Shown: positions 42,321-55,002, counted from the first letter of the stretch. The stretch is 64,000 nucleotides of DNA from Octopus sinensis (GCF_006345805.1 NC_042999.1:161386001-161450000), one strand, 5' to 3'. A program made the numbers and translations. The notes: a model not told the origin generated them from the letters alone.

Positions 42321-42390
42321 TGGTCACTACCTGGAATCGAACTCGGATTCTTGGGGTTAGTAGCCCGCGCTCTTAACCACTACGCCATAT
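42015..42390 (-). mobile_element. tRNA-headed short element with (AAT)n spacer and hammerhead motif
   Basis: Minus strand: atggcgtagtggttaagagcgcgggctactaaccccaagaatccgagttcgattccagg (A and B boxes), then (AAT)n, then aacatcgaaaaatacc...HHR...aatgtaaataatgta...ttaaatatagaactg. Confidence 0.75.
42103..42148 (-). ncRNA. Minimal type I hammerhead ribozyme
   Basis: gacac CTGATGA a ggctt-gagggtttat-aagct GAAA c g t t | gtgtt. Stem III reduced to the palindrome ACGT; predicted cleavage after GUU. Confidence 0.7.
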
Positions 42391-42440
42391 TAATAATAGT
42401 AATAATAATAATAATAATGATAATAATAATAATAATAATA

Positions 42441-42478
<38 letters not shown>

Positions 42479-42494
42479 TAATAATGATACTGAT

Positions 42495-43036
42495 GCAGTA
42501 CCAGGTAGTGGCTCTCATGGCTTCTGATCTTAACTGATTGAAAGTGTTATCATGTACATTGTTTTGTCTTGGTATAAAAGATGGGCTACAGCAAATATTC
42601 TGCTCAATACCACAGATTTGCTTGTCAGTTGTTTGACCTTAACCAGTTGAGCATGTCCCTTAGTGGCTGACGAAATGTGCATCTCTGATCACGTGCAGAA
42701 GTAATGGGGAGCATCATAGCCATGTGTTGAGAGGGATTCTTTCGGGTTTGAATAATTAACCTCTGGGAACATGGTGGTTCTTTCACATCCTTAAGCAACC
42801 CTTATTCAGGCCCGTTTTGAGCAGGATGGGCTACTCGACCAGAACAAAATTCTAACTGGGCCCCACCTGCAAGGTCATGTGCTGTTTATCTTGATATGAG
42901 ATCATCATGTCACGCACATATGGTTGTGATGCATGTGCCTAGTGTACCCTTATCAGACGGGTGGTCTTGATGGGTATACTGGGCTTCGTATATTTTACCC
43001 CAGTGTCACTTTGATGGCATGCACTGCTCTCTCACT
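42495..43036. mobile_element. Unclassified ~540 bp insertion inside an (AAT)n array
   Basis: Non-repetitive block with (AAT)n on both sides (42391-42490 and 43037-43078). Confidence 0.4.
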
Positions 43037-43037
43037 C

Positions 43038-43080
<43 letters not shown>

Positions 43081-43128
43081 TCGAAAAATACCTTAGGAAT
43101 GAGAACCCAGGTTCGAAATTTCCCCCAA

Positions 43129-43174
43129 GACACCTGATGAAGGCTTGAGGGTATATCAACCGAAACGTTGTGTT
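43129..43174 (+). ncRNA. Minimal type I hammerhead ribozyme
   Basis: gacac CTGATGA a gg(c)ttga-gggtata-tcaacc GAAA cgtt | gtgtt. Predicted cleavage between 43169 and 43170. Lies in the repeat copy 43079-43228. Confidence 0.72.
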
Positions 43175-45213
43175 AACAACAAACAAGATGAGAACAAATA
43201 CCCGTCAAATGTAAATAATGTAAATAATAAACGATGGCTATGTTGAAAGCCGATGCCAACCATATATCGCATTGGGATCGAACCCGGAACTTCATGATTG
43301 CGAAGTGAACTTTTTAACCACGCCTACAAGAAATGCATTAGCAAATCTGTAAAACATTTGGGTTTTTGGGTTTTTTTTAAATTTTTATCTTTCCTTATTT
43401 ACTGAAAAGTAAATCGTAGAACGGGTGGCATTCTCGAATTATCTTTCATTCTTTCTCTTATTTTTTCTAAATCTAAAATATTGGTTTCAAATTTTGACTC
43501 AAGACCAGCAACTTCAGGTGAAAGGTTTAGTCGATTACATCAACCCCAGTGCTCAACAAGTACTTATTGCAGGATCTTTACTTTTTAACCTACAGATTTA
43601 AAAATTATTTTTTGAACTAAACACTTTCAAACTTCGAACACTGGTAGAATGTGTCATATAAAACATCTTTTACTCTTAGCATTTTTGAGAAAAATTTATA
43701 TTTACGAAGTTATTTCACGTTAAAGTTCTCGTATTTCGGTAATTTCATCCAATCAATGACGTGTATTCAGCTGAATAAAATTACTGCCGTTGTTTGTCAA
43801 CAACAACTATCGGCGGTGTATTTTTCGTTTGTCACTGTGCCGCTAAACATTTTGTCCATCGTGCTAACGATTCTGCCAGCTCGCCACCTTGGAACGTCTA
43901 AAATATTGAATGCATTGCTGATTATCTAAATTAAATAAATAGATAAATAAATTATTATGTGAGTAATTTTTAAATTTAGATACAGACTACTTTAAAAAGG
44001 CAACGTTAGCACTATATTATTGCAAAACTTGAATGTAATTGACAGAATATTTGCAGCAATGTAGAAAAGTTGTTAAAACAAAAACAAAGAAATTCAGGGC
44101 TATTCTTTCCTAATATTTCATAAATATAATCAAGTCTGGTTCCCCTACTGTGATGTGCTTTCATCTATAATCTCAAACCAAAGTCATTTGGCAAATATTC
44201 AGTTTGTTTAGCAATAAATACTGACAACTTTCGGCCAATAATACTCCGTTTCAAGTCAGCCTTTTATCTTCGTTATTTGTTTTAAAATCTTTTTATTCTT
44301 TCGAAATCACTATCGGTAAGGTTTCAAGCTTAGGCCTTGGTCGGTCTTTTAAATCTCTGTTTTTTTTTTGGGGGGGGGGTTTGTTTCGTTTTTTTTTTGT
44401 AAAAAACACATAGTTTAATTTTATTTCATATAATTACTATCATAAAATATTGGATTATATTATGGGTTAATCGTTATCTCTTTGTAAAAGCTTTCTGGAT
44501 TTTTCTTTAGTCTTCCTCCCGCACATATTTAAACAACCATTACTCTTCACCATATCATTTGTTTGATACGATCAGTTAGCTTTTGTCTTTGATATCTATA
44601 AATCTATTCATCTCTATTCTCACTCTCTCTATCTGTCTGTCTATCTAGCTTTCTATCTACCTCCATTTCCATTTTATTTCATACATTTCACTTCCATATA
44701 CATTTCATAAAGAGTAGCCCAGATAAAACGCCTAATGTTAATGAGTCATTCCTTCAATTTTCTCCTTACATAATATTGTAGCTTTGCAATTATTTTAGAA
44801 TATCTTTCGCAGTAAATAAATTCTTGGGCTGACCGGACGGAAAGGATTTTTCTCTCACGAAACAAATTTCGGAAAATATCATTATATGCTAAAAGAGCTG
44901 TTCACCGGAAGTCAAGCAGCCTGGTCATCAAGAAGTGATCTTTTGCTAGATGGTGCGCCGTTGAACCAGACAGTTGCATTTTGTAATTGATAGATTGAAG
45001 TTCCCAGAAAGATCTACAGCCATATCATGTTAATTATTTAAGAAATTGTATAACAAAATTATAAAAATATAAATTACGAATAATCAATTCGCAAAATTAT
45101 AAAGTTAAATAAATTTCATGTTATTGAAGGAGTATGGGAAAATTTCATATTAGCATATTGAGTCAAACTGAATATGACCAGCAAAAATCAGACGTTTAAT
45201 ATGGGCCACACTG

Positions 45214-45259
<46 letters not shown>

Positions 45260-45486
45260 AAAATTTAATAAGGGTAGAAATTGATATTAGTCAATTAAAA
45301 CCAGTGGCCCAGCATATTAAAAAGAATCCGAAGATAAAAAATATAAAATATGTATGTATGTATGTATGTATGTATTGTACTGTACGCATGTGTGTGTGAA
45401 CTGTTTAAAGAGTGCGTGATATTGATTACTCTGACGCTGACGATAATTTATTGTAACCTTAGTTTCTTTTCTTGTGAGAGCTGTGT

Positions 45487-45545
<59 letters not shown>

Positions 45546-45721
45546 CGTGCACGACCGTATTCTTTCCCTTCTTTTTCTTTTGACTCTTCCGTGTTTCTTG
45601 TTCTCTTTTTTTTTCGCTTTTCCTCCATGGGTGTTCGAGTGAAATTCTTTAAGTTGAAACAAGGCGCAAAATGTAATCTTAATTATCACATTAAAAACAG
45701 AGAGGTGATCAAGAGAAGGGG

Positions 45722-45925
45722 GATGATAAGAAGAAGAAGAAGAAGAAGAAAAGAAGAAGAAGAAGAAGAAAAGAAGAAGAAGAAGAAGATGATGATGATA
45801 TTGATGATGATGATGATGAAGAAGAAGAAGAAGAAGAAGAAGAAGAAGAAGAAGAAGGAGAAGAAAATGATTATGATGATGATGATGACGACGACGACGA
45901 CGACGACGATAATGATGATGTGAAG
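45722..45925. repeat. Compound trinucleotide array (GAA/GAT/GAC)
   Basis: In-phase blocks of gaa, gat and gac. Confidence 0.9.
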
Positions 45926-46129
45926 AGGAGAGGACAATAGTGGTAATGATGAACATCAACATGATGATTTATTTTTCTAAAAATCAAAATAATGTGCAGT
46001 AAGAGTTACTTTTCACTCGAAAGCCCATAAAAAAATGGCGTTGCATATCACTGCACAGGTGGGAAGGTGACAGATATTCAATAATTTGCCTTAGAAGAGC
46101 AGTGGGACAGAGTGGGAGGTAAAGAAGAA

Positions 46130-46705
46130 TTGGGGAAAGAAAGAAAGAAAGAAAGAAAGTAAAAAGAAAGAAGGAGAAGGAAGAAAAAGAAGAAGAAATA
46201 AAAAGAAAGAAAGGAAGAAAGAAAAAGAAAGCAGAAAGAAAGAAAGGAAGGAAGAAGAAAGAAGAAAGAAGAAGAAGAAAGAAAGTAAGAAAGAAGAAAG
46301 GAAAGGAAGAAGAAAGAAAGAAATACGAAAGAAAGAAAGAAGAAGAAAGAAAGAAAGAAAGTAGAAAGAAAGTAAGAAGAAAGAAAGAAAGAAAGAAAGG
46401 AATAAAGAAAGGAGGAAGAAGAAAGAAAGAAAGAAAGAAAAAGAAGAAAGTAAGAAAGAAGGAAGAAAGAAGCAAGGAAGAAAGTAAGAAGAAGTAGAAA
46501 GAAAAAAAAGAAAGAAAGAAATAAGAAAGAAAGAAGAAAGAAAGGAAAAAGAAAGAAAGAAATAAAGAAGAAAGAAAGAGAAAAAAGAAAGAAAGAGAAG
46601 AGAAAGTAAGAAGAAAGGAAGAAGAAAGAAAGAAAGAAGAAAGGAAGAAAGTAAGAAAGAAAGAAGAAAAAAGAAAGAAAGAAAGAAAGAAAGGAAGAAA
46701 GAAAA
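46130..46705. repeat. (GAAA/GAA)n polypurine tract
   Basis: About 570 bp of nearly pure purine. Confidence 0.95.
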
Positions 46706-47050
46706 AAGCACTTGACAGATGGGAAATGTGAATGGAATACAGAAAGAAAGAGACAGCAAAAGAAAGAAAAAGGTAAAAAGAATGTGTCGAAGTATTAAAA
46801 AGAAAAAAACAAAAAGAGAAAGAGAAGAAGACGAAAAATAGTGCGAAACGAGACGGAAAAAGGAAGGTTGTAGAGAGAGAGAGAAAGGAAAAAATATGAA
46901 GTGGAAAAGTAAAAAGAAATGAAGACGGAGTATAAAAAGTATAAATAGTATGGAATCTGCTGTTGGGAGTTAAAGAGTTGAAAAGGATTCGTTAGAAAAA
47001 CTACATTCTGAATTTAAAAGGAATTCGTACTTTGCTGTGTATTTTACATA

Positions 47051-47764
47051 TCTATATATATAAAAGTGAGGTTGTGTGTCTGTCTGTCTCCTACGATTTA
47101 GATTCCTAACTACTCCCACATTTTGCGGTGCAGGTGCAGTTTAACCAAATTCGGGTATCTTATAGTCGTGATTCATACGAGCCCGTCTGAGTATTAGCGC
47201 GCGTCTACGATGAGTCTACGATTTTAAAAATAATTTAACATCATTTTTTATTCCATTTTAATGCATAATTTTTCGTGTGTCGATGGCGGCGGGTGCGGGG
47301 GCGGAGTTGGCGTCCATGGTCACACACCTGCACCTTTTGCTTCTCCCCCTTCTTCCCTCCCTCGTGAAGCTGTGGGGAAGGGAGTGTAAGGAAATCAACG
47401 TCGTAAAGCGTTGTCAAGGAGACCAGCGTTCTTTTAGAACAACGACTTCATGGCTTGAAGACACCAAAACAGAAATGGCTAAGAAAGCCCGAATTCTGGG
47501 TATTAGCGCACGTCTATGATGAGTCTACGATTTAAAAAAAATATTTACCATCAATTTTTCCCATTTTTAATGCATTTTTGGCATATATAAGGGAAGTAAC
47601 TCTCTAAAAATGTATTATTAAATCTCAGAACGTAAAAAGCTACAGTAACAGCCCCCCACTTTGTGGTTAGCCATATTGAGATGGCTATTATACTTTACAT
47701 CTCTAAAAATGCTTATATAGTTATTTCCCTTACAAACCCGAGCAACGCCGGACGATACTGCTAG
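47051..47764 (+). mobile_element. Non-autonomous Helitron-type element, body type 1 (long form)
   Basis: A|TC...CTAG|T ends as at 32259 and 57020, plus a GC-rich internal segment between two ~85 bp direct repeats. Confidence 0.85.
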
Positions 47765-48336
47765 TTCCAAATAAAAATGAACGAAGGAAAATAACTCAAG
47801 TGGGCTAATGGCATGAATTTAGACAATCAAGTTGAAGAGTAATCTATGGCATATACATGCTATACACAGAAATTTAAATGTCTCTCTTGATTGGAAACAC
47901 AAAGGGTGATTTGACGAGTGCCTTTGATCTTTTCTGAGACAGCTAGATTTTGTTCATTCAGGTATAACACACAGACACACACACACACTACTCATCAGAA
48001 GGGACAACGAGGAATTGATGGGCCTTGGTAACGCAAAACATTGAATTCGAAACGGGGAGCGATTTTCGAATCGAGCACATTTCGCGTATCAGAAGATTTG
48101 CTTCTGGTGCGAATGTCGCTCGATTCCTACACAAAAATTCGAGAGAGCTTCCCCGAGGACGTGGCAATCGTGAACGTGAGGCCCACATCGAGACTCTTAA
48201 AGGCACCCCCCCACACACACACACACACAAACCCCCACCACCACCACCACCACCAATTATGGAAGTCGAACCACCTGACTTTCACAAGACACCGGGAGGT
48301 ATGTAAACCTTTCCCTTCTTTCTTTAGCATACCAAC

Positions 48337-49200
48337 ATGGCCATACTGAGAGTAGAAATTTTAAATGTTCGAGATCTGGGGTCACCCTGGAAGCAAAGGC
48401 GCGTGCTCAACGACCTGAAGTCTTTAGAACTGGATGTAATTGCTGTCAGCAAAACCAGGATTTCCAATACACGCGTACTAGCCCCTATGTTTGATGACTG
48501 TCAGATCTTTACATTTGTTAGTCGGCCGAGAATGGGAGGCGGGGGGGACAATGTTGATTAGGAACGAACTGGATCTCAAGGTAAGGTCGATCTTACGTGA
48601 CCCAGACAGCATGTTGGTGGTCCTGGACGTGAGCAATAGTGAATGTAGTGTCTTTAGACTAGTGGCCGTCTACGCCCCTACTGGAGCCAAACAGCCGGAT
48701 TTCTTTGGGCGTCTGGAAGCCTTTCGAGGTACATCTCGCCCTATATTGTTTGTAGGGGACTGGAATGGAATTTTAAACCAACGCTGGGATTGTGTGCGAG
48801 ATTCGGATAGAAGAGGGAGTTGCAAAGCCTCAAGCACCTGATCAACCAGTTCCAACTGACTGGTACCAACGAGATTTCCCTAATGCGCCAGAGTTGGCCT
48901 GGACCAACCGCTTAGGGTCATCTAGATCGTATATAGATAGGATTTTCACTGGGAAAATGGATAGTAATTGTGTAGGATGTCTACTTTTTAAAATGTTCGC
49001 CTATTCAAACCATAAGCTTGTAATCTGTTCGGTCGACCTAGAGAAGATGCGTATGTTAAGACCCGGCTACTGGAAGCTGAACATGTCGTTTCCAGCACGT
49101 AAGGCCTACAGGAACCAGGTCAACAATTTAGTTAAGCAGTAGTTGACAGGCAGGGTCGTCAACGGCGGTTGCTGGACAACTCTCAAAAGAGAGATTAGAG
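48337..49200 (+). mobile_element. L1/Tx1-clade LINE APE endonuclease relic
   Basis: ILNVRDL...LELDVIAVSKT, VAVYAPTG, LFVGDWNGIL, WTNRLGSSRSYIDRIF, SNHKLV, and PGYWKLN (Tx1/L1-typical). Confidence 0.8.
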
Positions 49201-49219
49201 TAATATTGCTGGGGATAAG

Positions 49220-50880
49220 AAGCTGTTTGCTTCATACTGCAGAGCCATTCAGCTGTAATATTACGCTGTTCTTGCTTAATTCATTTCTTACTCCAGAAAA
49301 ATTGACTTTCATCAGAATCAGGGACTAATATTTCACGTTTTTTATCATCATCAATCGCTTGGTGAAATCATTTTTGGTTGGTTCTAAACAATTTGTTTTG
49401 CCAGTATTGCTTAATCCGATGTTCAAACCTAGTTAGCTTTTCTTTTCTTTTTTTTTATTTTCAAGCATGCGCTGCTTCAGTTCTTCAGTTACATTTTGAC
49501 CTTTTGTATCTACACCATACTTCTTCCTAACTTTTTCGAATTTTCATTCATTTTTAAGTTCACCATTTTGTTTTTCCTGACACATTCAAGGAGTTTATAT
49601 CTCCTGAAATTCTCCTTTTCCACCGAGGTTGTTTATATCCTCTTCTGTCCGTTGCTGTTCTGTTCTCAGTAGTTCTCAATCCCATCATTTCTGTCACAAT
49701 CCTATTAGCAGCCTTAATAAGATGATTTATCTGTGCGATGTTCTCTGTTTCAATGTATCTCAATACATTATTGAATTTACTCGTCTCTTGATTTAGTCTC
49801 CATTGGTTATCCTTCTTAAAGTCGCACATAAATTCTGTCCCTTCTGTATTTAATAGATCCAAATTCCTGTCTATTATTAATCGATCTTCATTGTTTGAGT
49901 AGTCACTGATTTATCCAGATCCTTTCCTTATGATAAAGGAGAATCTTTTTGTTCGCTCTGTAACGATGAACTGTATTTCATCCTGTTTTCTGAGAATCCT
50001 CTTGTAAACACGTTTAAAGAACGTGTTTATCGTTGCAAACATTGGCAAAAACATACTTTTAGTTCCTATTAGTAATTTCTACCAGTCTATAAAATTCGAC
50101 CTTTAACTGTCTTCTTACGTTTCATTTCTACTAGATATATCTATTTCCACGCCTTTAATCTTTATTCCTATTCACCTATCGCACTATAATTTCTCCACTC
50201 TTAGTTTTCTCCTCATGTCTTCCTCTTCCTTCTCTCTCTATAAATAACCTTTGACATTATATCTATTAACGGTTTCACAATTCACGGCAGTATATTCCTG
50301 CGAACAATTGTCCATCTCTTCCACTATAAAACTTTCGTTTCTCGCATACCCAGTATTACCCAGTATCCTCCTTTTAATAGTTTTTAGCTCCAATTCTGTT
50401 AACCATCCATTCTTTCGTGCTACTTCTCGCTTGGTCACATAATCTCTGTTCAGTAATTTCAAACAGATCCATTGCCTTCCATTCACCGTGCATTCGTTTT
50501 CTGTACCCTCTGACAAGCAAGCCATTCGCATTCACTGGGATACTCCGGTAGTAACACTACATAACCATTATGTATACTTGTTTACTCCACTTATGTATTG
50601 TAGCATGGCTAGCAATGGCTGGATTACGACCGGGACCACCCTGCTGCACAGTGGGACACCTGCCGGATAGGGCAACTTCACCATTGGTTCCAGCCCTGTT
50701 CACATCGTTATCGTCATCTATTTTGTTTGGCTCACAAATTAGGTGTGATTTTAGGTTGCTACCAACCGGTATTTTAACGAGACCCCATCTCAATCAAGGT
50801 AGTCTGCTAAGGCGGCAGGAGCCTTGCTCCCCAGGTTTTGAACTCAGAGTGGTTCTTCTCTTAGCCTACCCGGAGCACTA
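49220..50880 (-). mobile_element. R4/Dong-like (RLE) non-LTR element, 5' region and ORF N-terminus, interrupted by a PLE fragment
   Basis: Minus strand: VARKNGWLTELELKTIKRRI; YIETENIAQINHLIKAAN...QPRWKRRI; KKYGV...EELKQRM...TRFEHRIKQYWQNKLFRTNQK. Confidence 0.72.
49912..50272 (+). mobile_element. PLE fragment (endonuclease C-terminus plus start of pseudo-LTR)
   Basis: Near-identical to 55233-55590 (LSRSFPYDKGESFCSLCNDELYFILFSENPLVNTFKERVYRCKHW). Confidence 0.88.
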
Positions 50881-50894
50881 GTTATATGAAGGAC

Positions 50895-51230
50895 CAGATA
50901 TTCGCCTTTTCCCACTCTTCTGTTGTTGTTGTTATTTTCATATACACTCATATCTACTCTAGCTAACTCCACACAGTCTTCTACTGATATTAACCCCCTT
51001 CCGCCTTCCTTTCTAGGTAGGTATAATCTTGCTACTCCTGATCTTGTGTGGAGTCCTCCATTCATATTGAATTCCATCCTAATATTTCTGTCAAGCTTTG
51101 CTAATTCAGTTTTTGTCCAATCTACAACAGATGCTGAGTATCTAAGTAATGATACTGCCCAAGGTTTTACAGCCTCAAGTAGATTCGAACCACTTAGCTT
51201 TGACTCCATTAGCTTCCTCACCCTTTTGAT
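50895..51230 (-). mobile_element. R4/Dong-like RT thumb fragment
   Basis: NLLEAVKPWAVSLLRYSASVVDWTKTELAKLDR...RLYLPRKEGGRGLISVEDCV; next to a compound (CAA/CCA/CAT)n array. Confidence 0.8.
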
Positions 51231-51478
51231 GTTGTTGTTGTTGTTGTTGTGGCTGTTGCTGTTGCTGCTGCTGCTGATGATGATGATGATGAAGATGATG
51301 ATGAAGATGATGATGACGCTGTTGTTGTTGCTGTTGTTGTTGTTGTTGTTGTTGTGGTGGTGGTGGTGGTGGTGGTGGTTGTGGTGGTGGTGGTGGTGGT
51401 GGTGGTTGTGGTGGTGGTGGTGGTGGTGGTTGTTGTTGTTGTTGTTGATGATGTTGATGATGATGATGATGATGATAC
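51230..51478. repeat. Compound trinucleotide array (GTT/GCT/GAT/GGT)
   Basis: In-phase blocks. Confidence 0.9.
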
Positions 51479-51749
51479 ATCAGACTTATTTTCGAACTCC
51501 CTGAGTAAGTCCTGTTTAAAATTATTGTTTCTCCCTGATCGGGTGAAACATCAGAGAAGATGTAAACATCGAAACCGATAACCACTGCGTACACACCGAT
51601 GGACTAAACACAACTTACTGTTTACTTCTTACTACTCAAAACACACCAAATTAAATACAGAGCTTAATCTAGCACGAAGAACATGATCAACTGCTTTGTA
51701 TTTTGTAATTCAAAACGGAGGACACCAATATTATCCTAATAAGTTTCTC

Positions 51750-52015
51750 TGTGTTGTGTTCTTGAGCAAGACACTTTATTTCACGTTGCTCCAGTTCACT
51801 CAATTGTAGAAATGAGTTGCGACATCACTGGTGCCAAGCCGTATCAGTTTTTGCCTTTCCCTTTGGACAACATCGGTGGCGTGGAGAAAGGAGGCTGGTA
51901 TGCATGGGCGACTCCTGGCCTTCCACAAACAACCTTGCTCGGACTTGTGCATCGAACGGTAAGTTTCTAGGTGCAAACCCATAGTTACTAATGACTGAAG
52001 AGGTCTTTACCCTTT
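51750..52015 (+). mobile_element. Probable SINE, third family
   Basis: ttgtgttcttgagcaagacactttatttcacgttgctccagttcactca core and a short tail. Single copy in the window. Confidence 0.4.
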
Positions 52016-52392
52016 AAGTTTCTTTGAGACTCAGTTTCAATTCCTAGTTAGAATACGATCGTGATTTATATTCATGGCTTTATTTAAGACCTGATTGTTT
52101 CACCTCATATTGAATGTCTTTTATTACTGAAAAGCTTTTCCATTTACTCTTATGAATGCGTGATATGTATGTGTGTGGAAAGGTGTGCATTAATTTCTAA
52201 TCCTTTACAATGCCACACTGCTTTGATCGTTTCCCGTTAAATTATCAAAATTTATGTTTTAATTATATAAAACTACTCAGAAATGCGCGTGCATAAACAC
52301 ACTCATGTTCACACATACATATGCTCAAACACGCGCGCACATACATATACACGCACACAAAATACACATTTTGTTAATTATGTGTGTATAAG

Positions 52393-52455
<63 letters not shown>

Positions 52456-53184
52456 CATATACATATATATGTATATAGACATATATATGTATATATGTAT
52501 ATGCATATGTGTGTGTATGTGCTTAGATGTACATTGTTCATATACGTGTATGCGTGTGTAAATGTATTGTGTGAATCTTTTTCTTCATCAGACAAAGATT
52601 CTATTCAGGTTATTTTTCCCTCAAGTCTTTCACCGCCATAAATCTCTTAAATCGTTCCGTATTTCCCAGCGGCCGCCCACAGTCACCACCACAACCACTA
52701 TCATTACAAGTATCATTATAACTATCATAACCACCGCCACTACTACCACCAGTACAAATATTTTCACTACTGCTAATACTTTCATTATCATCCCTACAAC
52801 TAACAACTTTACTACTAACAACAACTACCAAAGCAAGACAAAAACAACACCAACAACTACAGCAAGAATCGCAACAAAACCTGAAACTACAACAATGTAT
52901 TCACAGTCGAAAAGTAACTATGAATAAAACTACATTGCTTATTAAACAGATTACAATATAAAACAATCACAACAGCATTGGAAGCAAGACACAGCTATAG
53001 CTGTGGGTTTGCTTGTGTACATGTGGGCATGTTAGTGTATGTGTGCGTTATATGAGTGTAGTGTGTGTATATGACAACTCAAACACACCAATAAGTATTT
53101 TAGAACCAGACGTCTTTTCACACGCACACGCACATGCGCACGCATGCACTTACACACATACAGCTGCTGCCTCAGTATGAAGTA

Positions 53185-53625
53185 CAATATCATTCGTAAG
53201 CACAACCAAAAGCCCACTCTCAGCTGTAACTGTCGAAACCCTGAAGCTTGCCCACTTGGCCAGGCATGTATGATAACCTCCTTTGTATATAATGCAGAAG
53301 TTACAGCAACGCTTCAAAATAACGTAACCGAAAAGAAAAATTACAATTAGTTAAGAGAAAGCAATTTCAAAAGATGTTACGCAAACTTCCTACCTACTTT
53401 CTGGTACATTGATAAAAGTAAAGCCTCTAAGTTAGCTAGCTTCTAATGTGATTTGAAAAGCAACTGCACACCACATACAAACAAGTGGGGAAATTCGTGC
53501 CATGTGCTAATAGGTCTAAGAAATGCAAATTATGCATAGTAGAAAGATCGTATATTCATTTTAGATGTAAGAATTCCACTACACTACTGAATCCAACATC
53601 CGAAATTTTCAGAAATGTAAACATA
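53185..53625 (+). mobile_element. Degraded PLE GIY-YIG endonuclease, family distinct from 55.0 kb
   Basis: CNCRNPEACPLGQACMITSFVYNAEV...KNYN*L...NFKRCYAN...SKLASF...SKKCKLCIVER...LLNPTSEIF: Cys-rich linker, VY/YxG halves and CxxC, as in PLE endonucleases. Confidence 0.75.
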
Positions 53626-53704
53626 TCAACTTTTTTTTTGTGAACTGGATGACTTCGCCCTATACGGATTGAGCAGCTGTCTCGCAGACTTTGGACCCCT
53701 CCTT

Positions 53705-54101
53705 TTTTCTTTTACTTGTTTCAGTCATTTGACTGCGGCCATGCTGGAGCACCACCTTTAGTCGAGCAAATCGACCCCGGGACTTACTCTTTGTAAGCCC
53801 AGTACTTATTCTATCGGTCTCTTTTTGCCGAACTGCTAAGTGACGGGGACGTAAACACACCAACATCGGTTGTCAAGCAATGCTAGGGGGACAAACACAG
53901 ACACACAAACACACACGCATACACATATATATATACATATATACGACATGCTTCTTTCAGTTTCCATCTACCAAATCCACTCACAAGGCTTTGGTCGGCC
54001 CGAGGCTATAGCAGAAGACACTTGCCCAAGATGCCACGCAGTGGGACTGAACCCGGAACCATGTGGTTGGTTAGCAAGCTACTTACCACACAGCCACTCC
54101 T
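53705..54101 (-). mobile_element. SINE family A, full length
   Basis: Colinear with 7645-8055. Confidence 0.92.
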
Positions 54102-54487
54102 GCTGAACTATTCTTCAGCAACTAGCTTAACTACGACTTTACAATCAAAGAGGACATAATATTAATTTTATTTCTTTTCCTTTTCCTTTTTTATTCAACC
54201 TTCCACTCTTTGTATCTAACATCTAGTTTTTCCTCTTTATTTCTCTTGTACCAGCGTCCTGTTTTTTTTTATTGAATAGATAAAGTCTCAGAGCCTGAGA
54301 TACAAAGTGTGTTATAAAAACCGGCCTAGACTCGCATCTCCAATGCAAAAACTACTAGTAGCACATATCTTTATATTCTGCACTATAAATTATATATATA
54401 TGTGTGTGTGTGTATGTATATATATATATATGTAGATATATGTACATGCATGCATATATATATAGATATACGTATGTATGTATATAA

Positions 54488-54588
<101 letters not shown>

Positions 54589-54599
54589 GTACATATGTA

Positions 54600-55002
54600 T
54601 ATGTGTATTTTTCAATGTGCACAAATAACACGGAAAGAATAAATAAATAGTTACCAGGGTAGCAAAAATTCACATAAGTACCAAGGATGTAACAGCCTAC
54701 TTATAAAGGTAGAAATTCCAGGGTTTAGTGAAATGTTTTTGTATAACGTATATAAATAAATAAATGGAGTTAAACGCATGTGTTATTCAAATCTTTATAC
54801 TTCCGACATATGTTTCGAAGAAAACATTCGTATTGTTCCAGAAGGAATAAAATGATATAAAACAATGCAATCTTCTCATCAGGGAAAAAAGGGAAACAAA
54901 ACGCATCAATAAGAGATTTTAACCGAATGTGCTTACTGCATATATGATGAAGGGAACGCTGGTAAGTTATTTTTTTTTAAACCGTTAATAGATATAACGT
55001 CA
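54600..55002 (-). mobile_element. Inverted PLE pseudo-LTR
   Basis: 54755-55002 is the reverse complement of ~55570-55820. 54600-54900 is homologous to 14890-15210. Confidence 0.85.
54801..54886 (-). ncRNA. Type I hammerhead ribozyme
   Basis: ttcc CTGATGA gaaga...tcttc GAAA ca-ta-tgt c | ggaa; GUC triplet. Confidence 0.8.

Noticed and set aside
42320-42390. tRNA gene
   Set aside because: A and B boxes are present but there is no complete acceptor stem, and the sequence runs into (AAT)n. It is a SINE-type head, as are the family A and B heads.
52562-52927. Thr-rich mucin-like ORF
   Set aside because: A degenerate (ACC/ACT/ACA)n trinucleotide region with no splice signals.
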